NCBI GenBank assembly: GCA_016432525.1
Contig: CP066693.1
Location: 160,815-224,814 of the forward strand
Direction: 5' to 3'
Source of the DNA: Candidatus Woesebacteria bacterium
GTDB lineage: Bacteria; Patescibacteriota; Microgenomatia; UBA8517
Length of the DNA: 64,000 nt
Positions 18,165-27,063 of this stretch are shown here, in pieces. The notes beneath the pieces are model-generated. The model had not been told where the DNA came from. It worked only from the letters and a program-made list of their open reading frames with translations, and ran no database searches. Positions within the stretch are counted from its first letter, which is position 1. The number at the start of each line of letters is the position of its first letter. A program made the position numbers and the translations under genes.

Positions 18165-19217
18165 ATGCAAGAACATCCAGTACCCCAACAAATTTCATCA
18201 TATAGCTTCAAATTAGTCGGAGATATGACTCTTAAGCAATTTTTTGAAGTTGCAGGCGGAGTTGGTGTTGGAATTCTTTTTTACATCACAGGTCTTCCAG
18301 GAGTTATAAAGTGGCCCTTGATTCTTATCTCAGTTATCACAGGAGGAGCACTTGCTTTTATCCCTTTTGAAGAGCGTCCTCTAGAACAATGGATTTTTGC
18401 CTTCTTTAGATCAATTTACTCTCCAACTCTTTTCTATTGGAAAAAGTTAGAAGCTCGCCCACAATATTTCCAAAAGGAATTGCCAGTTATTCCAGAACAG
18501 TTTCAAAAACCAAAAGAACAAGTTCAAGAAATTGAAGCAATAAAACCAGAAATTCTAGCTCAAATTCAAAAGAAAGAAGTTCAAAAAGCAGACACACAAA
18601 CTCAAAACTTTCTTTCAAATCTTGAAAATACCGAAAAAGCTTTTCTTTCTCAAATCAACAATCTTTTTAGCCTCAATCTTGTTCCTCCAAAGCCTTCTAA
18701 AGTTCACCCCGATTTAATCGGGGAAAAACCAAGCCTTACAGTTCCACCAACCTTAAAAGTTGCCGTCTCCCCTTCTTCAAACATTCCCAAAGTTGAAAAA
18801 GTTATAATTCCAGCCCAAAACGTACAGGTCAGTAAAGTCTCAAAAACTTTAAAATCAAATCCTATTTTGGATGCCATGCAGGCTCAATTTACAACTAATG
18901 TTCCTTCAATGCCAACTCAGTCAAATACAATAACAGGACAAATTCTAGACACAACAGGAAAAATAGTAGAAGGCGCAATAATAGAAATTCGAGATGCTGC
19001 AGGCCGTCCAGCTCGTGCACTTAGAAGCAACAAGGCAGGACATTTTCTTATAAGTATTCCTTTTTCTAATGGAAAATATGAAATAATCGTAGAAAAAGAG
19101 GGTTTAGCATTTACCCCTGTCAGCTTTGAAGCAACAGGTGGCATCATTCCACCAATTCTCATAAAAGCAGATAAAGAGGTTGTAATAAAAGATATTTTCC
19201 AAAATGAAAAGCTTTAA
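18165..19217 (+). CDS. Membrane protein with two N-terminal TM helices (VirB3-like position), Q-rich linker and C-terminal carboxypeptidase-regulatory-like beta-sandwich domain
   Basis: Two TM segments near N-terminus directly upstream of the VirB4 region. C-terminal GQILDTTGKIVEGAIIEIRDAAGRPARALRSNKAGHFLISIPFSNGKYEIIVEKEGLAF resembles CarbopepD_reg-like folds. Confidence 0.4.
   Translation: MQEHPVPQQISSYSFKLVGDMTLKQFFEVAGGVGVGILFYITGLPGVIKWPLILISVITGGALAFIPFEERPLEQWIFAFFRSIYSPTLFYWKKLEARPQYFQKELPVIPEQFQKPKEQVQEIEAIKPEILAQIQKKEVQKADTQTQNFLSNLENTEKAFLSQINNLFSLNLVPPKPSKVHPDLIGEKPSLTVPPTLKVAVSPSSNIPKVEKVIIPAQNVQVSKVSKTLKSNPILDAMQAQFTTNVPSMPTQSNTITGQILDTTGKIVEGAIIEIRDAAGRPARALRSNKAGHFLISIPFSNGKYEIIVEKEGLAFTPVSFEATGGIIPPILIKADKEVVIKDIFQNEKL
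18707..18723. repeat. Hairpin-forming 17-mer ccccgatttaatcgggg (copy 2, inside CDS 18165..19217, encodes HPDLIGE)
   Basis: Exact second copy of the 17978..17994 sequence; flanks also similar (tt[c/a]ccccgatttaatcgggg). Confidence 0.5.
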
Positions 19218-19911
19218 AAATTTTACAAACAAAATACCAATATTAAATATTCCAGATGTTCCAATTGTTGCAACAACCCAAGATCATCTTCCAATTGAAG
19301 ATATTGTAGATAACATGCTTATCTACAAAGATGGTGGAGCAGCAATTGTATTAGAATCAACATCTTTAAACTTTGGTCTTCTCTCTGATAACGAGCAAGA
19401 AGCAGTAATCGCAGCTTACGCAGCACTCCTAAATAGCCTTTCCTTTTCAATTCAAATTCTAGTCCGATCTCAAAGAAAAGATATTTCAAATTACTTACAG
19501 TATTTAGAAAAAGAAGGAGCAAAAATCCAAAATCCCAAACTCCAGGTCTTAATGACTGGTTACAGAAACTTCATATCAGAAACTATTAAAAAGAAAAATG
19601 TACTAGGAAAACGCTTTTTTATAATTCTCATGTTTTCTTCTCTAGAGCTGGGAGTTACAAAATCCTTTATGGCTTTCACTAAAAGATCAAAGATCCTTCC
19701 TTTTTCAAAAGAATATGTCATAAAAAAAGCAAAAATCACTCTCTATCCCAGAAAAGACCACATTACCCGCCAGGCATCTCGCTTGGGTTTAAAACTCAAA
19801 GAGTTAGATTCAAACGAGTTGGTAGAATTATTCTATGATATCTATAATCCAAAGCCACCGGCTACATCAATAAGAGAGGAGAAAGATGAATCCACAACAA
19901 TCACAAGCTAA
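19204..19911 (+). CDS. Hypothetical protein in T4SS-like cluster (immediately upstream of and overlapping VirB4 start)
   Basis: 235-aa ORF, translationally coupled (overlaps) on both sides; no recognizable motif. Confidence 0.4.
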   Translation: MKSFKNFTNKIPILNIPDVPIVATTQDHLPIEDIVDNMLIYKDGGAAIVLESTSLNFGLLSDNEQEAVIAAYAALLNSLSFSIQILVRSQRKDISNYLQYLEKEGAKIQNPKLQVLMTGYRNFISETIKKKNVLGKRFFIILMFSSLELGVTKSFMAFTKRSKILPFSKEYVIKKAKITLYPRKDHITRQASRLGLKLKELDSNELVELFYDIYNPKPPATSIREEKDESTTITS

Positions 19912-22900
19912 TCCACCAGTCAAAGTTAAATGGGTTCCTCCAAAATCAGAAAAGCCACCCATTTCAGATCTTCAAAAAGAAATTGAAGAGAAGAAACTAG
20001 TTCCAGAGGATCTAATTTCTCCACCAAATCTAGAGGTTGATTTTGATTTCATAAAAATTGGGGACGTTTATCTTCGAACCCTTTTTATAGGAGGCTATCC
20101 CCGCTTTGTAACAGCAGGCTGGCTAGAACCAGTCATTAATTTCAATCACTCAATGGACATTTCTTTTTACATTTATCCAGTCGAGGGAAAATCCGTTCTT
20201 GATGACCTTCGTCGAAAAATTGCAGAAATGGAAGCAGAAATCTCCACTGACTTGGAAAGAGGAAAAATTGTGAATCCATCAACTACAGCCAAACTGGAAG
20301 ACGCCAAAGTTTTACAAGATCAACTTGTTAAAGGCATTGAGCGCTTCTTTGAATTTTCTTTCTATATCACAATTCCAGCCCCGTCTTTAGAAGAGCTCAA
20401 CCACTTAACTCGTCAAGTTGAATCCACCCTAGGAGCTTTATTAATTGTGGCAAAAAGAGCAGCACTTGATATGGAAAATGGCTTTGCATCAACTGCTCCC
20501 TTTGGAATTGACAGATTAGCTATAACAAGAAATATGGATACAACCTCTCTTGCAACGACTTTTCCCTTCACCTCAGCTGAACTTTCATCAGATGAAGGAA
20601 TTCTCTATGGAATAAACCCTCAAAACGATTCATTCATAATTTTTGACCGTTTCTCTTTGGAAAATTCAAATATGACAATTTTTGCAACCTCTGGAGCTGG
20701 AAAATCAACGAGCTACAACGATCCTGTTCTTTTTGACAATGGATCCGGTCCAAAGTTAGAAAAAATTGGAAAACTCATAGAAAATTTAATGCAAAAAAAT
20801 AAAATCACACAATTAGATCAAGAGTCTGAGGGTGTAATTAATCCTAATCTAAAAATATTTAGTTTTGATAAAAATCTTAAAACAAAATGGTCAGACGTAA
20901 AAATCGCTGCCAGAAAATTGTCGCCAAACGATATGTACCAAATCATAACTCAAAGTGGCCGCGAAATTACAATAACAGGTGATCATTGTCTGGTAGCACT
21001 AAAAAACGGTAAGGTAGTAACAATCAAAGGGAAAGCCGCAAAGATTGGCAATTACCTACCAGTACCAAGGCTAATTGAAAATTTAGAAGTTAAAAACAAT
21101 TTTTCTCAAGAATTATTGACTCTATTGGGACTAATAACTAGTGAGGGGCATACAAGAAAGGAGTTTGTTTCAATATATAATACAGACAAATTCGTACTAA
21201 AAAAGATCGAGAAATGCGCTCTTAAACTAGGTTTCTATGTCTCCCCAATATCTAAAGACAAAAAAATTAGAGGGTATTACTTAAGACCAGCAGACAAAGC
21301 AAGAATTTTAATTAAAAAATTTGGTGGTTTTGGAAGTTCAAAAGAAAAAAGAGTGCCTTCAATAATATTTTCTCTTCCAAATAGCGAAATTGCCCAATAC
21401 TTAAAAGCCTACTTTGAAGGAGATGGTGGTTGTGAAGACCACGAAATAACTGCAACAACAAAGTCAAAAAACCTTGCTTCAGATCTCTCTTATCTTCTCT
21501 TGCGCTTTGGAATAATTGCAAGAATAAAAACTAGAAAGAAAGCGGCAACAAATACTGTTGCCAAAACAAAAAGAAAATATTATCGAGTATCAATTTCTGG
21601 ACAAGACAACATCAAAAAATTTATTGACAACATAGGATTTTTGACTGAAGAAAAAAATACCAAGGCACAAAAACTACTGAAAGCTGGCAACACTAATGTT
21701 GATATAATTCCAGAGATTGAGTCCATTTTCAAAGAAATATACCCCATACTCTACAATTCAGAAATTCCTGCACCCCAAAAGTTTTCAGAAATCAAACTAG
21801 GAATTTTTAAACCCTCGCGCCAAAACCTGTTAACCGTCATCGCTGAAATCGAAAAAAGAATCCAAGAAATCAAATCTTTAGAAACAGATGGACTGTCTAC
21901 TCTTAATACCTTAAAAATCTTAGAAGCAAAACGTCCACCCAAATTAAAGCCTGCACTTAAAATTATAAATACTGAGTATGGTTATAACTACACCCAGAAA
22001 GACATTACAGGAGCAGTCTATAGAAGCTTTCAAAAAACAGGTGAATCACTTATTAGATTCGATAAGTCACTTTGGTCAGCTATAACACAAGTAAATCAAA
22101 ATCCTCTATATCAAAAAGTACTTAATGCCCGAGAGTTTATAAATCAAAAATACGAAGAGAAGAAATTTAAATTAAAAGAGATAAAAGAAAAACTATCTTG
22201 GCTCAAAACTTTAGCGAACTCAGACCTTTTCTGGGATCCAATTGTAAAAATCAAGAAAATAAAATCAAAACATAAATATGTATATGACCTGGAAGTAGAC
22301 AATGCAGTTTTTATGGCTGGTCATGGTGGTCTTTTTATTCACAACTCTTTCTTTGTCAAACTTGAAGCTCTCCGCTCTTTAATGCTTGGAACTCAGATAA
22401 TAATTCTTGATCCAGAAAACGAATACAAAACTCTCTGTGAAGCCGTAGGTGGCGAATTTATTACTTTTTCTTTTTCCTCTCCTTCAAAAATTAACCCTTT
22501 TGACCTTTCAACAGTTTACGAAAAAGGTGAAAGTGCATTAGGTCTTAAAATTCTCTCTCTTCACTCGCTTTTTAAAATCATAATGGGTGCTCTTACTGCT
22601 ACCCAAGAAGCTATGCTTGATCGTGCAATAATTATGACTTACAAAGCAAAAGGAATAACTCAAGACCCTGAAACCCAAACAAAAGAGCCTCCTTTAATGG
22701 AAGATCTTTATAAGACTCTTATCGGAATGGAAGTTGCAGATGCGCTTGACATGGCAGCTCGTATTGAAAAATTTGTTAAAGGCTCATTTGTTGGAATTTT
22801 TGATCAGCAAACAAATGTTGATATCAAAAACCCATTCACAGTCTTTTCAGTCCGCGATCTTCAGGATGCACTTCGCCCTATCGCCATGTTTATAATTCTT

Positions 22901-23401
22901 GATTTTATCTGGACCAAAGTCAAAAAAGATTTAGCTCGAAGATTAATGATCGTCGATGAGGCATGGCACATGATGCGCTATGAAGACTCCGCCCAATTTT
23001 TATGGTCCATCGTCAAACGCGCCAGAAAATACTATCTAGGAATCACTACAATCACTCAAGACGTCGAAGATTTCTTAAGTCAGGACATTGGAAAAGCCGT
23101 TGTCACAAACTCAGCGCTTCGCGTTCTTCTTAAACAATCCCCTGCAGCAATTGATCGAGTCGGAGAAATTTTCTATTTATCCCAAGGTGAACGCCAACTT
23201 CTGCTAGCAGCAAATGTTGGAGAAGGGATTTTCTTTGCAGGACCCCATCATGCACCAATCAGAGTTGTCGCATCCCCTGAAGAATACAAACTTATTACAA
23301 CCAAGCCTCAAGAGCTTGTTACACAAAGCCAAAAACCAAAAGGGAGTGAATTTTCTCCATCAGAAGTAGTCACTGTAGTTAAAGAGTTCAATAAAACATA
23401 A
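19886..23401 (+). CDS. virB4: VirB4/TrbE-like T4SS ATPase interrupted by an intein
   Basis: Walker A FATSGAGKS(T) at 20693-20710. Extein resumes SFFVKLEALRS... at 22346, and Walker B-like MIVDEAWHMM follows downstream. Minus the intein the protein is ~625 aa, with the typical VirB4 C-terminal NTPase layout. Confidence 0.7.
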   Translation: MNPQQSQANPPVKVKWVPPKSEKPPISDLQKEIEEKKLVPEDLISPPNLEVDFDFIKIGDVYLRTLFIGGYPRFVTAGWLEPVINFNHSMDISFYIYPVEGKSVLDDLRRKIAEMEAEISTDLERGKIVNPSTTAKLEDAKVLQDQLVKGIERFFEFSFYITIPAPSLEELNHLTRQVESTLGALLIVAKRAALDMENGFASTAPFGIDRLAITRNMDTTSLATTFPFTSAELSSDEGILYGINPQNDSFIIFDRFSLENSNMTIFATSGAGKSTSYNDPVLFDNGSGPKLEKIGKLIENLMQKNKITQLDQESEGVINPNLKIFSFDKNLKTKWSDVKIAARKLSPNDMYQIITQSGREITITGDHCLVALKNGKVVTIKGKAAKIGNYLPVPRLIENLEVKNNFSQELLTLLGLITSEGHTRKEFVSIYNTDKFVLKKIEKCALKLGFYVSPISKDKKIRGYYLRPADKARILIKKFGGFGSSKEKRVPSIIFSLPNSEIAQYLKAYFEGDGGCEDHEITATTKSKNLASDLSYLLLRFGIIARIKTRKKAATNTVAKTKRKYYRVSISGQDNIKKFIDNIGFLTEEKNTKAQKLLKAGNTNVDIIPEIESIFKEIYPILYNSEIPAPQKFSEIKLGIFKPSRQNLLTVIAEIEKRIQEIKSLETDGLSTLNTLKILEAKRPPKLKPALKIINTEYGYNYTQKDITGAVYRSFQKTGESLIRFDKSLWSAITQVNQNPLYQKVLNAREFINQKYEEKKFKLKEIKEKLSWLKTLANSDLFWDPIVKIKKIKSKHKYVYDLEVDNAVFMAGHGGLFIHNSFFVKLEALRSLMLGTQIIILDPENEYKTLCEAVGGEFITFSFSSPSKINPFDLSTVYEKGESALGLKILSLHSLFKIIMGALTATQEAMLDRAIIMTYKAKGITQDPETQTKEPPLMEDLYKTLIGMEVADALDMAARIEKFVKGSFVGIFDQQTNVDIKNPFTVFSVRDLQDALRPIAMFIILDFIWTKVKKDLARRLMIVDEAWHMMRYEDSAQFLWSIVKRARKYYLGITTITQDVEDFLSQDIGKAVVTNSALRVLLKQSPAAIDRVGEIFYLSQGERQLLLAANVGEGIFFAGPHHAPIRVVASPEEYKLITTKPQELVTQSQKPKGSEFSPSEVVTVVKEFNKT
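20708..22345 (+). mobile_element. Intein (~545 aa) with LAGLIDADG homing endonuclease domain inserted in the VirB4 P-loop
   Basis: Begins with Ser right after GAGKS(T) (N-terminal boundary uncertain by one or two residues). Two LAGLIDADG-like motifs (LLTLLGLITSEGHT and IAQYLKAYFEGDGG). Ends ...LFIHN (His-Asn at 22340-22345), followed by +1 Ser of the extein. Confidence 0.7.
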
Positions 23402-24796
23402 ATGGCAGAGGAAAAAAAACAACAAAACACCCGAAACGCAACTAAAACAGCTTCTGCAGCAACCGGCATAGCAGCAACTTGGGTCACTCGAGCAGCACTT
23501 CTAGCTACAGGAGTCGGAGAAGCAATAGGTCCCCTACTTGAACCCCTAGCAAGAGCAATAGGAGCTTTAGTATCCAAAATAACAAGAGAGGTATCGAAAT
23601 ACATTAAAAAACATCCCATTGCTGCTGGAATTGCAGCTGGAGGATTTGTTCTCCCTGCCCTTTTGGCTGGCACAACCGGAGCAGTCGCATTAACCACTCC
23701 ATTGTTAGTCGCCGGAGGTGTTTTTTTTATATCTGCAATTTTTGGAGGAGTAATTCTTGGAGCAGTCTTTGCTGGATTTATGGCTGCTTTTTTAGGATTC
23801 ATAATATTTCTTGCGATTACAATTTTTATAATTAATTCAGGAGCGTATCTTGTTCCTCCAGCCCCACAATTAGGAAGCTCTATAGGAAACCTTCCACCAG
23901 GTTCCACAGCTATCTCAAATCCTTACATAGAAGTAACTAAAATAGCAGATCCTCCAGGTCCTTTCCAAAACGGAGCTGTCCCAAACCCTATAACTTACAC
24001 AATTACAATAAAAGCTAAACAAGGAGCTTTAATAAACCCCCGCTTTGACAATAAATGTAACGTTCTCACAGCCAGATCTAACAGCACTTCTGATGTAATT
24101 AGAGAAACTAACCCAATCTGTCCAGCTCCAATTCCAATAGGCAACACTCCACAAACAATAGATCCTGGATCCAGTGGTTATACATTTAAATATACAGCCG
24201 ACTACACTTCCAGTGCTTTTACTGATGCTCTAGTTACAGATACCTTTACAGTTACTGCAACTGTAGAAGGGGTCAGTGACCAAACAGCAGCAGCAACCGC
24301 AGGAATTGTAATAGGTAATCCACCAGCTCAATGTCCAAATGGCTGGCCAATTCTTCCGCAGGGAAGCGAAAGATTTTTATCTATAATACAAGGGCCTTAT
24401 GGTCTTTATTCCCACTCAAGAATTGAGGCAATTGACGTTGTAGCTTCAATAGGCCATTCAATAACCGCACGAAATTCTGGAACTGTAACGGCTTACAACA
24501 CACCAGCGGATGCTTATGGAAAACATGTTGTAATATCGTCTGTTTGTAACGGTAAAAAATACAATACTATATTTGGACATCTAGACATTATATCCGTAAG
24601 AACTGGAACAACAGTATCTCTAGGCACTATAATAGGATATAGTGGAAACAATGGACATAGCGATATTCCCCACCTTCACTACGAGTTTAGCCCCCCATTG
24701 CCAAATGTTGCCGTACCAATGTCCCAACCATTTATTCCTAAAAATGTCAAAAAATATTGCTATTATCTAAACCCTTGTGACGCAACTGTGCCGTAA
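23402..24796 (+). CDS. Membrane-anchored M23 (LytM-type) peptidoglycan endopeptidase
   Basis: Ala/Gly-rich N-terminus with 3-4 TM helices. C-terminus has M23 motifs (HSRIEAIDVV...GKHVVI...NTIFGHLD...GHSDIPHLHYE with HxH). Confidence 0.65.
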   Translation: MAEEKKQQNTRNATKTASAATGIAATWVTRAALLATGVGEAIGPLLEPLARAIGALVSKITREVSKYIKKHPIAAGIAAGGFVLPALLAGTTGAVALTTPLLVAGGVFFISAIFGGVILGAVFAGFMAAFLGFIIFLAITIFIINSGAYLVPPAPQLGSSIGNLPPGSTAISNPYIEVTKIADPPGPFQNGAVPNPITYTITIKAKQGALINPRFDNKCNVLTARSNSTSDVIRETNPICPAPIPIGNTPQTIDPGSSGYTFKYTADYTSSAFTDALVTDTFTVTATVEGVSDQTAAATAGIVIGNPPAQCPNGWPILPQGSERFLSIIQGPYGLYSHSRIEAIDVVASIGHSITARNSGTVTAYNTPADAYGKHVVISSVCNGKKYNTIFGHLDIISVRTGTTVSLGTIIGYSGNNGHSDIPHLHYEFSPPLPNVAVPMSQPFIPKNVKKYCYYLNPCDATVP

Positions 24797-24811
24797 TTAA
24801 TGTCTTAAAAT

Positions 24812-25801
24812 ATGAAAAAGAAATTCTTTATCTTTATCTTTATAATTTCTGTAATCTTCTTGATTTTTATTTATTTTAAATATATAAAAAACAGAGGAGT
24901 TGCTCCCTATATACCTACCCCAAAAATCACAAACTATTTAAAAAACCAAATCCCTATAGAATTATCTCTAAAAGAAAGCGATTTCAAAATGCCACAAAGC
25001 GCCCGCCCTTTAGATAACCAAAATACAAATCCGATAACAGACGAGCAAGCAATGCTATATGGCAAAAATGCTGGTTTCCAAAATGAACCAATCATTGCAG
25101 ATGACGTATTTGATGGAAAAACATTCATTTGGAGTAACGAAAAAGAAGCCCTAACAGTTTACTCTCAATCATCTACGATAAAATATTCTTTAAACACACA
25201 AGACAGAAATGGAGCTAGCAAAAAACCCAAAGACGAACTAATAAAAATATCTAAAGAATTTCTAATATCCAAAGGCCTCTTAAACTCTAAAGAATCTTCA
25301 GAATTCTCTTATATTACTTTTCTGAAAAATAGACAGCCTGATGGATTTTATCCCACAACTGAAAATGACGCGGATTTCTATCAAGTCAACTTCGCACCTA
25401 TATCTGGTGGTAAAAAAATTCTCACCCTAGATCCCGATGCCTCTCCGATAAATGTCTGGATTCTTCCAGATGGCACAATAACCAAAGCTATAGTAATTCG
25501 TTTGGGACATGTAAAAGAAGCTACTACCTCTTATAAACTAAAAAATTATCAAGAGCTAGTAGGTTCCTTAAATAACGCTACAATAGTCAGCCTAGATAAT
25601 GGAAATGCTGGTCTTGTAGAGACAGGAAATGAAGTCAAAAAAATAACAGTTAACCAAATAGAGCTCGTATATCTTATCGACACCCCCAAAAGTAAAATCT
25701 TCCAACCTGTTTACCTTCTAAAAGGAGACGCAACGCTCAAAGATGGTATAACTACAATAAACACAATGCTTTATCTCCCTGCAATTTCATATCTCCCTTA
25801 A
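24812..25801 (+). CDS. Hypothetical N-terminally anchored extracytoplasmic protein (329 aa)
   Basis: Single N-terminal TM (FFIFIFIISVIFLIFIYF); last gene of the cluster, converging on dnaN with overlapping stops. Confidence 0.4.
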   Translation: MKKKFFIFIFIISVIFLIFIYFKYIKNRGVAPYIPTPKITNYLKNQIPIELSLKESDFKMPQSARPLDNQNTNPITDEQAMLYGKNAGFQNEPIIADDVFDGKTFIWSNEKEALTVYSQSSTIKYSLNTQDRNGASKKPKDELIKISKEFLISKGLLNSKESSEFSYITFLKNRQPDGFYPTTENDADFYQVNFAPISGGKKILTLDPDASPINVWILPDGTITKAIVIRLGHVKEATTSYKLKNYQELVGSLNNATIVSLDNGNAGLVETGNEVKKITVNQIELVYLIDTPKSKIFQPVYLLKGDATLKDGITTINTMLYLPAISYLP

Positions 25802-26898
25802 ATCTTCACAGGCATAATTAAATGAAGAAAATCTGGGTTTTTAGAATCTCTAAATACTCCAGGAGAAGCCGAATCGTTAAGTCCAATTTCAACTTCCTCT
25901 GACTCGCATATTCCCAAAAACTCTTCCAAGAATCGGTAATTATAGGAAATAGTTAGACCAACCCCTTCAACTCGCGCATCCATTTTCGTTTTCTGCTCAC
26001 CACTCTTTGCACTTTGCGAAGAAATTTCAACGTTATTCTCGTTAACAGTTATTTTAATTATATTAGCCGAGTCGCGAGCAAACGCCGATGCAAGCTTTAT
26101 TGCTCGAACAAAAGTCTCACGATCAACATATACTTTTGTAGCAATACTCTTGGGGATTATTTTTTCGAAATTGGGAAAATCTCCTTCTATCACACGACTT
26201 GCAATTACACTATCAGAAAAAGAAAAAAGAGCTTGATTTTCCTCCTCTTTAAAATCAAGATAAATTTTATGACCAGTTTCGTCTTTAATTCTTATTATCT
26301 CAGAAAGAACGCTTCGAGGAATTGTAATTCTTTTTGTTAAGTTTAATTTACTATCCTTAAACGAAATCCTTGAGAGCCTAAACCCATCCGACGAGACTAA
26401 AGACAAAACTCCCTTTTCAAAAATAAACAAAACTCCAGTCAAAATCGGTCTTGTTTCATCTTTTGAAGTAGCAAAAATAATTTTCGAAAGAGAATTTAAA
26501 AGGGTCTCTATATCAAGTTCAAATGCGTTTTTAGAGAGCTCTCTGGGTACAACCGGGAATTCAGACGAAGAAAGACCACTTACTCTTCCAGAAAACCCCT
26601 CAGAAAAAATTTTAACTCCCTCCTTTTCAGATTCAATCAAAACACTTCCATGAGACAAGTTTGCAATTATTTCAAAAATAACTTTTGCATTAACACTGAT
26701 CTCCCCTTCCTGAAGAATTTTTGCCCCAATATTTTTACAAATAGATGCCTCCAAATTTGTTGCCAATATTGAAAGCTTACCTTTTTTAGCTTCTAAAAGT
26801 ATGTTTGATAAAACTGGCAGAGCTGCTCTTGTTGAAACAAAGCGAGAAGTAAGATTTAATGCACCAGAAAAATCCTCCTGAAGAATTTCAACCTTCAT
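25798..26898 (-). CDS. dnaN: DNA polymerase III beta subunit (sliding clamp)
   Basis: 366 aa; N-terminus MKVEILQEDFSGALNLTSRFVSTRAALPVLSNILLEAKKGKLSILATNLEAS matches beta-clamp; directly downstream of dnaA. Confidence 0.85.
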   Translation of the reverse strand: MKVEILQEDFSGALNLTSRFVSTRAALPVLSNILLEAKKGKLSILATNLEASICKNIGAKILQEGEISVNAKVIFEIIANLSHGSVLIESEKEGVKIFSEGFSGRVSGLSSSEFPVVPRELSKNAFELDIETLLNSLSKIIFATSKDETRPILTGVLFIFEKGVLSLVSSDGFRLSRISFKDSKLNLTKRITIPRSVLSEIIRIKDETGHKIYLDFKEEENQALFSFSDSVIASRVIEGDFPNFEKIIPKSIATKVYVDRETFVRAIKLASAFARDSANIIKITVNENNVEISSQSAKSGEQKTKMDARVEGVGLTISYNYRFLEEFLGICESEEVEIGLNDSASPGVFRDSKNPDFLHLIMPVKI

Positions 26899-27063
26899 AT
26901 TGTATTTATTATCATAAAACTAGTAGTTGTAGTAGTAGGAACTGTGGATATGTGGATATTTACGCCCGTCCAATCTCAAAAATTTTGTTGATAACCCTCT
27001 TAGTTTTTATGAATAATTTTGTTGAAAGTGATTTTTAAATCTGTGAATAAGTTGATAACCTTA
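26899..27063. promoter_or_regulatory. Candidate oriC / DnaA-box cluster in dnaA-dnaN spacer
   Basis: AT-rich 165-bp spacer. Two adjacent tgtggatat 9-mers (26943-26959) are the reverse complement aTATCCACA, 8/9 to TTATCCACA. tgtgaataa (27042-27050) is the reverse complement TTATTCACA, a full match to TTATNCACA. tgttgataa (26986-26994) is the reverse complement TTATCAACA, 8/9; a second gttgataacc lies at 27051-27060. Confidence 0.45.
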
